Source of the DNA: Octopus sinensis
Lineage: Eukaryota
Direction: 5' to 3'
DNA length: 64,000 nt
Assembly (NCBI RefSeq): GCF_006345805.1
Contig: NC_043004.1
Coordinates: 42,656,001-42,720,000 of the forward strand
Shown: positions 13,611 through 27,023 of the stretch, piece by piece
Layout of the letters: each line of letters begins with the position of its first letter
Position numbering within the stretch: position 1 is the first letter of the stretch
The notes under the pieces: generated by a model
Database searches by the model: none
What the model saw: only the letters and a program-made list of their open reading frames with translations
Told to the model about the DNA's origin: nothing
Translations under genes and position numbers: made by a program

Positions 13611-13700
13611 ATTTAAAACAAAAGGTATGAAAAATTGAATATTAATTTGATTAATATCAATTTAAAACGAGTGGTCCAGAAAAATGATATTACATACATA

Positions 13701-13925
13701 TAGGAAGGATGACCACTAAGCGGACATCCATTATGCTAGAAGTCGAGTACCTATGGTCTTAACACTATGAAGGGAATGTTCTCAAGAACAATAGAAAATA
13801 TTTTGTATCTTTTCTTTTGTCTCGCTTACGTTAAATTTTCTTGAGAACATTCCTTTCTTAGTGGTAAAACCATAGATGGTCGACTTCTAGCATAATGGAT
13901 GTCCACTTAGTGGTCTTCCCCCTTA
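13701..13925. mobile_element. MITE / foldback element
   Basis: Arms 13701-13788 and 13838-13925 are reverse complements (gaccactaag.ggacatccattatgctagaagtcga / tcgacttctagcataatggatgtccacttagtggtc), with TA flanks. Confidence 0.8.
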
Positions 13926-14206
13926 TATATATATATGCGTGTCAGTGTGTGTGTGTTTGTGTGTGCGTTTGTGTGCGCGTGAGTGTGCGCATATGTATGT
14001 GTGTGTGTGTGCGTGTGTAAGAAATGAGTGATGTACTTTTTCAAGCAACCAGAGTTTGCATCAGAAATCTGTTATGTTTTACTCCCATTTTAAAAGCACC
14101 CCGACAACATATCGTTTGTCATCGGTGTTATACTGATTTTATCTTTTTTATCTTTGAACCGATTATTCGCCATATAAAGCAAGAAATGAAATTATTTCAT
14201 ATATAT

Positions 14207-14650
14207 ACTCTTTTACTTTTTTACTTGTTTCAGTCATTTGACTGTGGCCATGCTGGAGCACCACCTTTAGTCGCGCAAATCGAACCCAGGGCTTATTCTT
14301 TCTAAGCCTAGTACTTATGTTATCGGTCACTTTTACCGAACTGCTAAGTTATGGTGACGAAACACACTAGCATCGGTTGTCAAGCGATGGTGGGGGGACG
14401 AAAACAGACACACAAACACACACACATGTGTATATATATACATATACATATATATGACGGGCTTCTTTCAGTTTCCGTCTACCAAATTCACGCACAAGGC
14501 TTTGGTCGGCTCGAAACCATTGCAGAAGACACTCGCCCAAGGTGCCACGCAGTGGGACTGAACCCGGAAACATGTGGTTGTTAAGCAAACTACTTACTAC
14601 ACAGCCACTCTTGCTCAATAGCCACTTACCACACAGCCACCCCTGCGCCT
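14207..14650 (-). mobile_element. tRNA-derived SINE, family A
   Basis: Minus-strand head ggcgcaggggtggctgtgtggtaag (A-box-like) and ccgggttcagtccc (B-box-like), followed by ccttgggcgagtg, an internal microsatellite and an A-rich tail. Confidence 0.8.
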
Positions 14651-14822
14651 TTCGTCTGTCGTTACTTTCCGAGTTCAAATTCAGCCGAGGTCGACTTTGC
14701 CTTTCGGGGTCGATAAATTAAGTGCCAGTTACATACTGGGGTCGATCTAATCGACTTAATCCGTTTGTCTGTCCTTGGTTGTCTCGTCTGTGTTTAGGCC
14801 CTTGTGGGTAGTAAAGAAATAT
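14651..14822 (+). mobile_element. SINE family B, head truncated
   Basis: gagttcaaattcagccgaggtcgactttgcc...ggggtcgat...gtagtaaagaaat, shared with the other copies in the window. Confidence 0.8.
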
Positions 14823-15533
14823 ATATTCAAGATATCAAAATATTTTCTATTGTAATATAAGGAGTTAGTGCAAATGTAGCAAAGATGAATAACAAATAAA
14901 ATGAAGAATGTTTCGGAATCAGTTTTCCTATCTGGAACCTTCACGTGATAGTTAATTAGGAGATCAATGAGTGTGAAATAATATCATTTGCTAATTAGCA
15001 ATAAATCGTTATGATATAATTGATACAATATAATTAACTGGAGATTATAACGGTGTTATTGAACTGACTTAACACAAAAAAGTTTTGGTTCACCGAAGGC
15101 TCACTACTTTCTGTTACAAACACATAAAGTTGCGGATAAAATATTGAAGAAATATGTTTTATGATGGATATGCAACTATACTGAATGGGCAAAAGTACTC
15201 TGCTGTTAATGTATTGATATCGAAGTGAAATAAATTATCGCATGACGAGACATTGCCTGAGAATACTGCATATTTCATTCAAATATGCAAATACATAATT
15301 ATATATGTATATATGTTTGTTTGTGTGTTCGTGTGAGTGTGTGCGTGCGAGCGTACGCATTGGCCGCGGAGGAAAAATATTTTAATCCCAAATGTTTAAA
15401 TGCAGTAAATCACCTAGAAACTTTTACTTCGATCGGTAATCTGATTGAGTGTATTTGAAAAAGCAGTACTAACCACACTAACAGCCAAAACATGTCTTCA
15501 AATTTAAAGTAGACTTAAACTAATGTTTAAAAT

Positions 15534-15750
15534 ATCGGTTTCAAACTTTGGTACAAGTCCAGTAGTTTCAGAGGAAGGACTAAGTCGATTTCATCGACCT
15601 CAGTGCTCAGCTGGTACCTATTTTATCGACCTCGATAAGATGACAAGAAAGATTGAACCTGGCGGCATATGAACTCAGAACCCAAAGACGGACGAAATAG
15701 GCCTAGGCATTTTGTCCAGCCTGCTAACGATTCTGCCAGCTCACCACCTC
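15534..15750 (-). mobile_element. SINE family B, diverged
   Basis: Reverse complement of ggcgagctggcagaatcgttagc...ttctgagttca. Confidence 0.75.
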
Positions 15751-15849
15751 ATTAAAGCTTACGATATTAAAATCTTTCCCTTCTCAGTATATTTTTCAGT
15801 AATGCATACTTTACAATAATTTTGCTAGTTAGCCATAGTTTAGAAACCA

Positions 15850-16660
15850 TTTTTCTGTTTTCATCGTGCCGGGGTTGCAATTAGACGTATTGCTCAGAAA
15901 TATTGGGGTATCTCTGAGTACTGTCTACAACGTTAAGAACCGAATGCTTGATATTGAAGGCATCAAGATAAAGTAAGGATGTGGAGACATAACTAAAATA
16001 CGGGATAATGCATTTCTTGAGCCACTCAAAGCCAAAATTGCGAAAGGCCAAACAATATCCATGAGAAAACTGTCAATGGACATGGAAGTTGATCCAAAGA
16101 CCATCGAAAATTCCGTATACACTGATTTAGATTTGGTGTCATACGTAATTTCCTCGAGATACCTACTGCCACATGCAATGAAAGCCAAAAGGCATTAAAG
16201 GGCCAAATATTTATTGCGATACCTGAAGCACAATTGACAAACCGTCAATTTCTTTTTTCAGATGAAAACATCTTTACCGTTGATACTGTTTTAAAAGGTC
16301 ACAATGATTGATACATGACTGACACCTTCTAATGTACCAAGCTAAGCGACCTTCTGAAGGAACACGCCCCCAGCTCAAGTCATGATACTGAGAGTCGTGG
16401 TATCCGGCGGGAAAATATGTCTCTCCATTTTTCAAATGTGAGGAAAAGTATGGGGGCTGATGTTTATTATAAAGTCCTGCGGATTAAGGTTTTGCTTTGG
16501 CTGAAGACTAACTACCCCAACGGTAATTATGTGTGGACCCCAGATGGCTCTCCTGCTCATACGGCGAATAAAGTTCAGTCATTCTTCGAAGACAACTTCG
16601 CCGACATTTGGCCTGCCAACATTTAATTTTCTTCCAGCCGAGATTTGAACTCCCTTAGCA
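15850..16660 (+). pseudogene. maT/mori-like (DD37D) Tc1/mariner transposase fragment
   Basis: HTH IGVSLSTVYNVK, (F)SDENIFTVD, TPDGSPAHTANKVQ...RDLNSL. There are 37 residues from D to the break where the third D is expected. No TIRs found. Confidence 0.75.
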
Positions 16661-18068
16661 ACCAGTTCATGGTAATTTTAAGTACATCCTGAGAGAAAAC
16701 ATGTCTGAGTACTTTATTATCTTGTGAATGCTGTGGAGGACAATGGCGGCAGACATATTGAATAAATGTTTCTTTATATCCTTATAAACTTGTGTGAAAA
16801 TCATATTTATGTCAGGTTGCTGGTTGTTGTAATATAAACAATTTGGTAAATTATCTCTCATTTTCCAAGTTTTGCTTCCCTACCCTCCACATGCCTAAAT
16901 GCACACACGCATATTCACACATGCATAACATAAAGAATGACTTAGTAGTGCTGAGTAACACGAAGGAATGTATTAATTTAATTTGCTCCCCTAAAATCAT
17001 CACTAATAGTTTCTTGCGTGTGAACAAGCATAGCTACCATAAAACATTATGACACTCAAACACAGAAAGTATATAAGGCGTTGCCATTAATGTTTTAAGC
17101 TCAGTAAATGAAATTAGCAATGTACTGCATTCTATTTGCTTATTTTTATTTCATTTGCTCAAGCTATGAAGGTGTGTAATTAAACTCACTTAAGCTGAGG
17201 CCAATAGGGCAATTCGGACTCTAGGAAATAATGCTAATCTACTTGCTCCTTTGGTGTGATAGACTACTGTTACCAGACACGAGCAAGTTTCTTGTGTCGT
17301 AATATCCATATAGGCTACCAGCTGAATATAAAATATGGCATTACCATGCACGAACCCTACGGAGGACAGGTCTTGATGTAATGAACACAGTATAGAAATA
17401 CCTCACTTAAGTCACGAATATCACTGACTTTCTGTAAGTTACAAAACAGCGCCGCATGCTGGTGAAGTTGGTTTTCGCCATCTATGCACCCCAAATTGCA
17501 AGTGTCGAATATTGATACTATTTTCTCTTTCACAAATTTCACTTTTCAATAAAACAACGCAAATAGGCAAACGTTATTGCTCTATGATACCTCTTGAACA
17601 CAAACAGCGTTCGATTGAGAGTTTTATACCAATCCGAACTGCTTGCACAATAGATATACATTTGGCTGACTAAATGTTCACCGCCAAAGATGATTTCTTC
17701 TTGGCAAGGACACACTTAATATAGCAAAACCTATATCTCAAAGATATGCTTTTCTGACTAGGGCCAGGACACCTTTCAATCACCGACTATTTTATACAGT
17801 TGTATCATCTACTACTAAAATCTGAGATCTACAACAGCCACCTAAACATATGATTCACGCACAGTCATTTTAGACATATACTCCACACAGACGCACAGAC
17901 GCGCGCACACACACACACACACACATACACCACCGGCACACACAACGATATGAATGCATATATATAATAGAAATATTAAAATTACTAAGTCTCTATAAAA
18001 AGAGATTACTAGGTAAATAGAAACCTTCGAACAGAGACGTCAGTGGCGACACCTGCGGGTCTGATTGC

Positions 18069-18110
18069 GCTACATTGACAAGGGGCAATACCCCGAAACG
18101 CGTCTGTAGC
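18069..18110 (+). ncRNA. Minimal type I hammerhead ribozyme motif, U3-A8 variant
   Basis: GCTACA / TTGACAA / GGGG-CAATA-CCCC / GAA / ACGCGT (palindromic stem III) / C / TGTAGC. Predicted cleavage after GTC at 18104. Confidence 0.8.
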
Positions 18111-18279
18111 TGTCGGACTGGCAGTGTGAAGCGGCTGACCTCCCTTGTTCGAAGGTTATAATGGATACAGATCATGTATCAATAGCTATCTTGATGGCGG
18201 TGGCATCATGGAGCTGACCAGCGGCAGCGATTAATCTTATATCTATAAGAATGCCATATTAATATGGCGATAACAATTA

Positions 18280-18310
<31 letters not shown>

Positions 18311-18912
18311 AGTGCCCACTGGATGTTTTGCAAAGATCCTCTTGCTCTGCATAATGTATCCAAACCTCCATGCAAAGTACAAACCACGTTCAACAATACT
18401 CACCTACAACCTGTGCTATGTTGATGTCTCTTCTCCCGTTATTCTAGCCGTGAATTGCGACAGCTTATGTAGAACGTTACCAGTAACGTTAAAATAAGTC
18501 CATATATTTAGATACAAGCCGACGCTCAGTAAAATGCAAATAGTGTGTGCACAGAAAGAAATGCCAAATTAGTATAGATATAGTTGACCACATGCTGCTG
18601 CAGTAAATCGCGATTAAATTTGAAGATATTACGTCATATGAGAATATGTTTACTGCCCGACCTTAGACATACGCATGAATCCTGTCTGATCCGCTTATAA
18701 ATGCTAACCAACTATGTTGCTCAAACGGATAAGGAGAATACTGTAGAACAAATTGTCATGTGCAAAATTCTATATCTACCTATATATATATTTGAATATA
18801 AATATGCTTGTGTGCGAGTCATTGTATTTTAAAGATACACAAACACACACACACAAACACATATATATATAATTACTCACGCACATATATGCACACGTGT
18901 ATATATATATAT

Positions 18913-18964
<52 letters not shown>

Positions 18965-19775
18965 GTAAAATAATATGTGACAATTATTCAATAGCCAAGA
19001 TAAAATTCAGAGTTTCGGATCCTGAGCTGGCAATTGAATAATTGTCACATATTATGTTACAGATAAATTTCCTCTATTTGCATAATATTGAGGTCTCTTT
19101 CTTTTGTTATCTTACCGTTTTTACCAGTATGTATATATATATATAATATATATATATATATATAATATATATATATGTATGTATGAGTGCAGTTGGGGTT
19201 TGGCATGCATAGCTGGAGCAATACTTTTATACTTATTATAAGTATAAAGTTAATATGACTATGCAGAGAAGTAGATTGTGCGTTTTGGGTAGTTGACTTA
19301 TACACATTGAACCGATGAAATTGTGTATTCATTGGCCGATAAACAAACGAAATGAATTGTCTAGAATTTGAATAAAGACAATAGAAATTCTGAAGACATT
19401 TCCCTATATTCAAATTCCTTTCTATGACTTTCTTATTTTTCTATTTTATTCCTTTTTCAATGTACCTAAATGCAATTATCCTCCCTTTGTTACACTTTCT
19501 ACTGAAGTAATTCATATGCCAATTTAAACTGATAATTTGTAGTTTAGCAAAGGCATGGAAGGGGAAGAAAATTAAGAAGGAGTAGTACAGGTGAACAAAT
19601 AAAAGGAAGATTTAAGGTGAAAAGGGCAGTAGTATAAAAAGGACAGAAATTAAAATTATTAAAATATCGTTGTATAGGCAGTATTCATTCAGTACAAAGC
19701 CGGGAAGGAATATTTAGTAAACAAATGTATTTGTTGAATATGTTTAGCATACACTTATACATACTTGTGTGTGCA

Positions 19776-20040
19776 TACACACACACACACACACACACAC
19801 ATGCACACACACACACACACACAAACAAATACACACACACACAACACACACACAGACACACACACAAATACACACAGACACACAGACACACAGACACACA
19901 CACAAATACACACACAGACACAGACACACAGATACACACACACAAATACACACACACACATACACACATACAGACACAAACACACAAACACACACACACA
20001 AACACACACACACACACAAAACACACACACACATATATAT
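19776..20040. repeat. Degenerate (CA)n/(CACAGA)n microsatellite
   Basis: Visible runs. Confidence 0.9.
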
Positions 20041-21987
20041 ATAATAGTCAAAAAATTATTATGAAGAATAACAAGCAGTAAAAGTGCAAAAGAACATGAT
20101 TAAAATGCAAGCGCTAACGAAATAAACTTTGAATGGAGGTGAGGGGAGAAAGAAACGTAGCCATTCTTAAGAGTACAGTTCTATAGAAAGGAGGGCGTTT
20201 TAATATAAAAGGTTAAATGTAAAGTTCCTGACCAATTAATCTTGTTGGAGGGAACACACACACACACACACGCGCGCAAATATATTTATGTATGTATGTG
20301 TGTGTGTGTACCTATGTATTTATGTATATGAATTTATGTACGTATATACATGGACGTTTATGTCCATACATATATAATCTCACACATACTCATACAACTA
20401 CGTATACAAACAGATGTATATGCCCGTTTTTTTTTACATAAGCCGTTGGCTTTCTGAATATAGATGAACTTATGTATGAGGGGCATTTAATTAAGCTACA
20501 CAATTCAAGATTAAGCAACTCCTTTGGGCAAAATCATATATACAAATTTAATAATGAATTTTGCCAGTTACAGAAAAACAAAATGAATATTGTAATGGGA
20601 AAATATCTAGAATAAAGTTTTTAACAATTTGCCAGTGAAAGGTTAAGATTGTTGCAGTGAAAACTGATTGGTTATTTGAAACTTGCGAATGATGTTCACT
20701 TGTGGGTGATATTTGCATATAATATTAGATAGCATATAAACGATTGCAATGTATTATCAATGTAAGTGGCCCCCAAATCATCACATTTGCTGTATTACTA
20801 TTCTTCAATAGACCACTTAGTTTGGCCCATTTACATAGACCTACCCTGTACATCCCTGTGGGTTTTGCATATGTCCATTATTTGCTTTACATGCGTGATT
20901 TTGTTCTCCTAACCTTATTGCATTGTGTGTACATGTTCGTGTTCTTGTGCAGTGCCTGTAAGTGCCCATTTCTATGAATATTCTTAGAATTAGGATTTTG
21001 TTATGTTCATTTTCTCCATTTGGTTCTTAATCATTATTATCGCTTCTACTCTTACAGGGGTTTAAATCAGCACATTCAACTTATTCCTATATTTAGATAC
21101 TTATATGATGAAAATGCTTTCACTTCTCTGAGAGATATATAATACAATGTTGGGGATTATATCATGAAACACTTCCATTCCAGGTGGTCTCTCATTCCGA
21201 CCCTGACTGTGCACACATGCACATCCCAGATATGAACTGCCTAACTTTTATTTGATATAATTCCTGGTGTATTTTTATGAGGTATCTGTTCTGTTTTCAC
21301 TGCATAATACAAGAATCCTGAAAGCTACAAGTGTAAATATGTTTCTCTCTTCTATTTTTATACGTTTGTGTGTGAGGCGGGCGCGAAAAGTTTGTAAATG
21401 ATTATTTCTTACTTGACTCCTTGTTTTTGAAGACATAATATATTCTGTCTCATTGCCTGCTTATGATTTGTGGTGCAAAGGCTTTGATAATCCTTCAGGT
21501 TTGAACCTGAACTTCGCAGTCACTGATTTGCTATATTTTAAAGAAATTAAACACAATGCAATGTATAGCTCACCAATGACAGCGAAGCTTTTTACAAATC
21601 ATGTAAAATATATAATCTAAACAAAATATATTTTCCATGACCTGTAAAAGCCTTTCCCGTCTTATTATTATTAAAAGTTGGGTGAATATAGCGCGAAAGT
21701 TTCGAGTAAACGGGCTTATCTAAACATACTGCTCGAGATCAAGGGTAGAAGAGGAGATGAGGGCATTTTCCTAAAAGTCAAGGCGACCGTGGTTTTTGTG
21801 GTGTTTGCACGAGCAGAAATTGGAAGATTCCCCCTTCTGGGGATTTTAGTTGTTAAAATTTTTATTGTTTTGCTTTTGTTTAGACGTTCAAATTCCATTC
21901 GCTTTCTAATGTTCTGTACCGTCTCCAATACTTTATGTGAACACTCAGTGGTTAATAAAGAAAATATTATTATCTTATTGTTATTGC

Positions 21988-22460
21988 AAGCAGGCAGAAT
22001 CGTTAGCACACCGGCCAAAATACTTAGCGGTATTTCGTCTGCCGTTACGTTCTGAGTTCAAATTCCGCCGAGGTCGACTTTGACTTTCATCCTTTCGGAG
22101 TCGATTAAATAAGTACCAGTTACGCACTTGGGTCGATACAATCGACTTAATCCGTTTGCCTGTCCTTGTTTGTCCTCTTTGTGTTTAGCCCATTGTGGGT
22201 AGTAAAGAAATGGATATTTCGCATGTCTCTACATTCTGAGTCCAAATTCCGCCGAGGTCGAGATTACCTTTCATCCTTTCGGGTTCGATAAATTAATGGT
22301 AAGCACGCTGGACGAAATTCTGAGTTCAAATTCAACTGAGGTCGACTTTGTCTTTCATACTTCCGGGGTCGATAAATTAAATACCAGCTAAGCATGTCGG
22401 CGATAAAATCGACTAGCCATTCCCCAAAATTTCAGGTCTGTGCCAACAGGAGAAAGGCTT
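21988..22460 (+). mobile_element. Tandem array of three SINE family B units
   Basis: ttctgagt(t/c)caaatt...gaggtcga occurs three times (about 22050, 22235, 22320); only the first unit keeps the head. Confidence 0.85.
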
Positions 22461-22474
22461 ATTATCATTATTTA

Positions 22475-23009
22475 TTGTCATTGCACAGCTTCTAAAGCTG
22501 CAGATTTACTACGATGCCAGCTGTTCACTAACGTAACACCCATTAAATTTGGTGCACCATCCGGTGTATTCGAGCGGTTACAAGTAGTGTTGTATTCTGC
22601 AAGTACTCCAGCCTATTTGCAGACCCTATTTGTTCCACGTACTTCTCAAGATTTTTACTCACTGTTCCCAGGGCTCCGAAAATTATTGATACTACTACCA
22701 ATTTTCAGCGACGACAGCTGCTTAAACTCCCAAGCTAACCTGTCATATATATCGACTTTTCTTTCTTCATTATCGCATACCTTGTTGTCAGGTGGACATG
22801 CTATATCTATGATCCAGCATCATTTGCTTTCTTTCGCAAATAACAGTACGTCTGGCTAACAATTCTCTATCTCATGGTCGTGCTGAACCATAAAATCCAA
22901 TTTGCATCAACATTTTCGATAAATTTGGGTTTATGTTCGTACAACTTCTTTGATCTGTCAAGTCCATACTTTTTGCAAAGTGTCCAATGCACAATCCTCG
23001 CTATATTGT
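22475..23009 (-). mobile_element. 3' end of an R4/Dong-like RLE LINE (subfamily F)
   Basis: Minus strand: IARIVHWTLCKKYGL...HKP...IIFGALGTVSKNL, with a 3' UTR shared with 24106-24497. Confidence 0.8.
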
Positions 23010-23268
23010 AAATATTAAAGTTTATAAAACTGATCGTTTGTGTGTTTGAAATCTGTAGATACGTAGATATCTTAACTTATTTTGAGAGCAATTTAAAATA
23101 CTCACAAGAAATTGTAGATATTCCAGTCTTTAAAAGTTATTTTTCAGTTGCCCTGCAGGGTTGTATTAGTAATCTCTGTGTCTTCAGCTGCTCACTGGTC
23201 AGAGCAGCGAAGAATACGACCAGCTTCAGTCAAGGCTGGTGCTCTAATTCATTTTATTATTATTATTA

Positions 23269-23326
<58 letters not shown>

Positions 23327-23424
23327 GTATTAGTATCATTGTTATTATTGCAGCGTGGAAGGTGTTTATAAGCCATTTAAGAAACACACAAAACCGTTAG
23401 ATTCATTTCAACATTCAAATTTGA

Positions 23425-23475
23425 TTTGTCAAAATATTTTCGTCGCTGTAAGACCGCGACCTGTTCACTGACAAA
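23425..23475 (-). ncRNA. Minimal type I hammerhead-like motif, G3-C8 variant (left arm)
   Basis: TTTGTCA / GTGAACA / extra G / GTCGC-GGTCTTACA-GCGAC / GAA / AATATT / T / TGACAAA. Confidence 0.7.
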
Positions 23476-23488
23476 TGCATCACGAAGT

Positions 23489-23539
23489 TTTGTCAGTGAA
23501 CAGGTTGCGGTCTCAAAGCGACGAAAATATTTTGACGAA
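23489..23539 (+). ncRNA. Minimal type I hammerhead-like motif, G3-C8 variant (right arm)
   Basis: TTTGTCA / GTGAACA / G / GTTGC-GGTCTCAAA-GCGAC / GAA / AATATT / T / TGACGAA. Differences from the left arm in the stems are G.U-compatible. Confidence 0.65.
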
Positions 23540-23680
23540 TTAAATTTAAATGTTGAAGTGAATCTAACGGTTTTTGTGTGTTTCTTAAATGGCTTATAAA
23601 CACCTTCCACGCTGCAACTGTTTTCGTCCCAGCACACGATATCAGATCAAGTCACTCGCTATGCAAGTACACCTCCGTAA

Positions 23681-24092
<412 letters not shown>

Positions 24093-24105
24093 TATTGTTA
24101 TTATT

Positions 24106-24497
24106 GGTTATCTCTGCACAGCTTCTAACGCTGCAGATGTACTACGATGTCAGCTGTTCACTACCAGTGAACTAAGTTAACACCCTTTATTTTTCAAGTA
24201 CTATCCGCAGTATTACAGAGGTTCCAAGTGCACCACATTTATTGCAGTCCCTATTTGTTCCATGTACATTTCAATAATTTTACTCACTGTTCCCACGGCT
24301 CCGACAATTACTGGTACTACTACCACCTTTTTCAGCGACCATAACTGTTCAACCTTCGTAGATAACCTGCCATATCTATCGACATTTCTTTCTTTTTTGT
24401 CGCACACCTTGTTTCCAGCTTGGCATGCTATATCTATGATCCAGCATCGTTTGCTTTCTTTCTCAATTAACACTATGGCTGGTTTCCTCTTTCTCAA
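24106..24497 (-). mobile_element. 3' end of an R4/Dong-like RLE LINE (subfamily F)
   Basis: ORF 24213-24497: KRKPAIVLIEKESKRCWIIDIACQ...VVVVPVIVGAVGTV (RLE), with the shared 3' UTR. Confidence 0.85.
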
Positions 24498-26165
24498 TTA
24501 ACGCATTATTTCCATTATTTTTATTATTATTATATTTATTATTAGTATTATTATTGTTGTTGTTGTTATTATTATTATTTTGGATTTACACATTTGGTAT
24601 GGAAATTCTGCTAGGATTTCATATTTTGTAATCACAAATGGATAGTGTGCAGACATTAATTCCATGTGCTGTTCATTCAAAGCGGTCTTGTGAATGAAAG
24701 TTTGAAGCAGAGCTGGTAGGTGTAAGTAGATAGAGAGAAGAGAATAAATGTGTATGTTAAAAGGAGGAGAATGTTATTGGTCAAAAGGAATAGGGGAGGA
24801 AAGAAGAAGAGGAACAGAAACTAAAAATTAAAAACTGAATAAAGAAGTGCTAGATAATAGTCAAAATAATGTGAGAGAACCTTTCGGGGTTTGAACCCGC
24901 AGTTTATAATTTACATAACGGAAGTATATGCTTAACCATTCATAGGTTATATACATATATTTAAATGTGTTTATACACACGCAGGCACACAAACAAACAC
25001 ACATACATACACACGCATATACATATATACATATAACGCACACACATGTACACATATATACTTCATACATGTAGGGAGAGAAGGAATATGATATAAACAT
25101 AAAGAGACACTTCACTGGAATGCCAATACTGTGTGACTTGTAAATATGCTACAAGTCCATTTTATCGTGTTCTGTTTTATATTAATTTGGATGAAGTGTA
25201 TGTACGTTGAGTTTTCTTGGTGAACATCAGAAATATTTTGGAAATTTGCCTAGCAATTTCCTTTAACGGTGGGAGACCTGACAATAGGGGGTTGCAGTTT
25301 TAGTTTCGCGGAAAAAAATTTGGCAGGTCTAATAAATCCGATAATAAAACAGATCGCTATCGTTCTCTGTGGCTTATAATATTCAGTCTACCATTACATA
25401 TTTATGCAATAATCTTTCAAAACCGAACTTTATATACTAACCATAAAAATGTTGATTCCTACAATGAAGTTGAGAGAAGTTTGTTATGGTATGGAGTTCT
25501 TTCAATTATAAGTCTATGAGTCTGGGTGACATGTATGTTGCGTACAAGGTTGTACGAAAGCTTGAAGGCTTACTTTTGTAAATATTACAGATATCTGTAT
25601 GAAACATCACGAATTTAGAAAAGGGTGATTTCTATGATATTGTGTATCTTTGTAGATTTATAGGCTTTTACGAAGTGACAAACACGTTGCTGATAAACCC
25701 CAATCTGTAGTAATTTACTGTATGTCCAACAGACAATTACATTAATATTAAGGGAATGGATCAACTATATTGTCATATATCCATATAGAGTACCTAATCC
25801 TCTTACAATAACAGAAGATATATGCATTATCAATACTAATATCTCTTTTAGACTAACAAAAATGTATTAAACAGCAATGATAGTCAGATGGTGCTGGATG
25901 AATCATAATTCTTTATATCCATCGCGCAATAAAGTTTGTATAGATAATATTTCAATGTGAGTAGTATTCTCCTATGTGCCAAATATCCTATAAAAGTAAC
26001 AGTATGAAATGCTATAAATTTCTCTACTGAAATCACGCGATTGTATTCACATTAATAACATGCGTGCACATTCTTTTCAATAGCTGACATATGCATTAAC
26101 ACAGAGAGTCCCTTGGCGCAAATACATATAAATTTTATATACATACATACGTGCATACATAGGTG

Positions 26166-26207
<42 letters not shown>

Positions 26208-26869
26208 AATATATATATATTTATATACATACATATGTGCACACGCAAATATATATATATATATATACACATTCATATATATATATAAATAGACATATAC
26301 GTCCGTGTATGTATGTATGTGTGTGACTGTGTGTGTCTGACACAAATTATATTATAATTCCTATATATATTGATTAATATTGTTTATTTGTCTTTCTAGG
26401 AACATTCGAGGGAACTTGGTGTTTTGTAGCCTGGAAGCTATAATTGACAAAATGAAGAAGAATTATAAATATTTAAGAGAAACAAATTAACTGTATACTA
26501 TTGATTACTCATAATCCCAAATGTTTAACCTGAAGCTTTAGAAAACATCAGTCATCATGTTGATACAGAATTACAAGCAAAAGCCCATGCACGCTTTGAT
26601 GCGCATATAGCGGGGCAGGCGAATAGCCACACACATTCGCTACATTATATGCATCTATGGATACATATATATATGTGTGTATGTTTCAATGTGTCTGTGT
26701 GTGTACATATACATGTATTTATATATATATATGTACACACATATAAATAAATAATATATATACATATATATACATGTATATATGTTTGTATGTAAATATA
26801 TATATATATAAGATGAGAGAGAGAGAGAGGGACAGACCGACAGACAGACACACATATAATCAGACTGCG

Positions 26870-26906
<37 letters not shown>

Positions 26907-26907
<1 letters not shown>

Positions 26908-27023
26908 CGGGAAGCTTTATGAAAATAAACAAAAGACGAAGGCAGGTGGAAAACAAACGAACAATTGTATTAGTATGGCGCTCAGGAAATATAAATAAAA
27001 CAAGTCTTTAACGTTTCGAGCCT
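26907..27023 (-). mobile_element. Truncated copy of the HHR-bearing element at 56908-57115
   Basis: Near-identical to 56908-57022; breaks inside stem II of the motif and is flanked by (TA)n. Confidence 0.85.

Larger units (their letters stand above)
23348..23680 (+). mobile_element. 270-bp palindrome plus 63-nt tail, probably Penelope-like pLTR-derived
   Basis: 23348-23617 is a near-perfect inverted repeat. The tail ends acctccgta and runs into (TTA)n. Confidence 0.8.

Noticed and set aside
21988-22070. SINE heads as functional tRNA genes
   Set aside because: A/B-box-like motifs are present, but there is no complete cloverleaf and the heads continue into repeat bodies.
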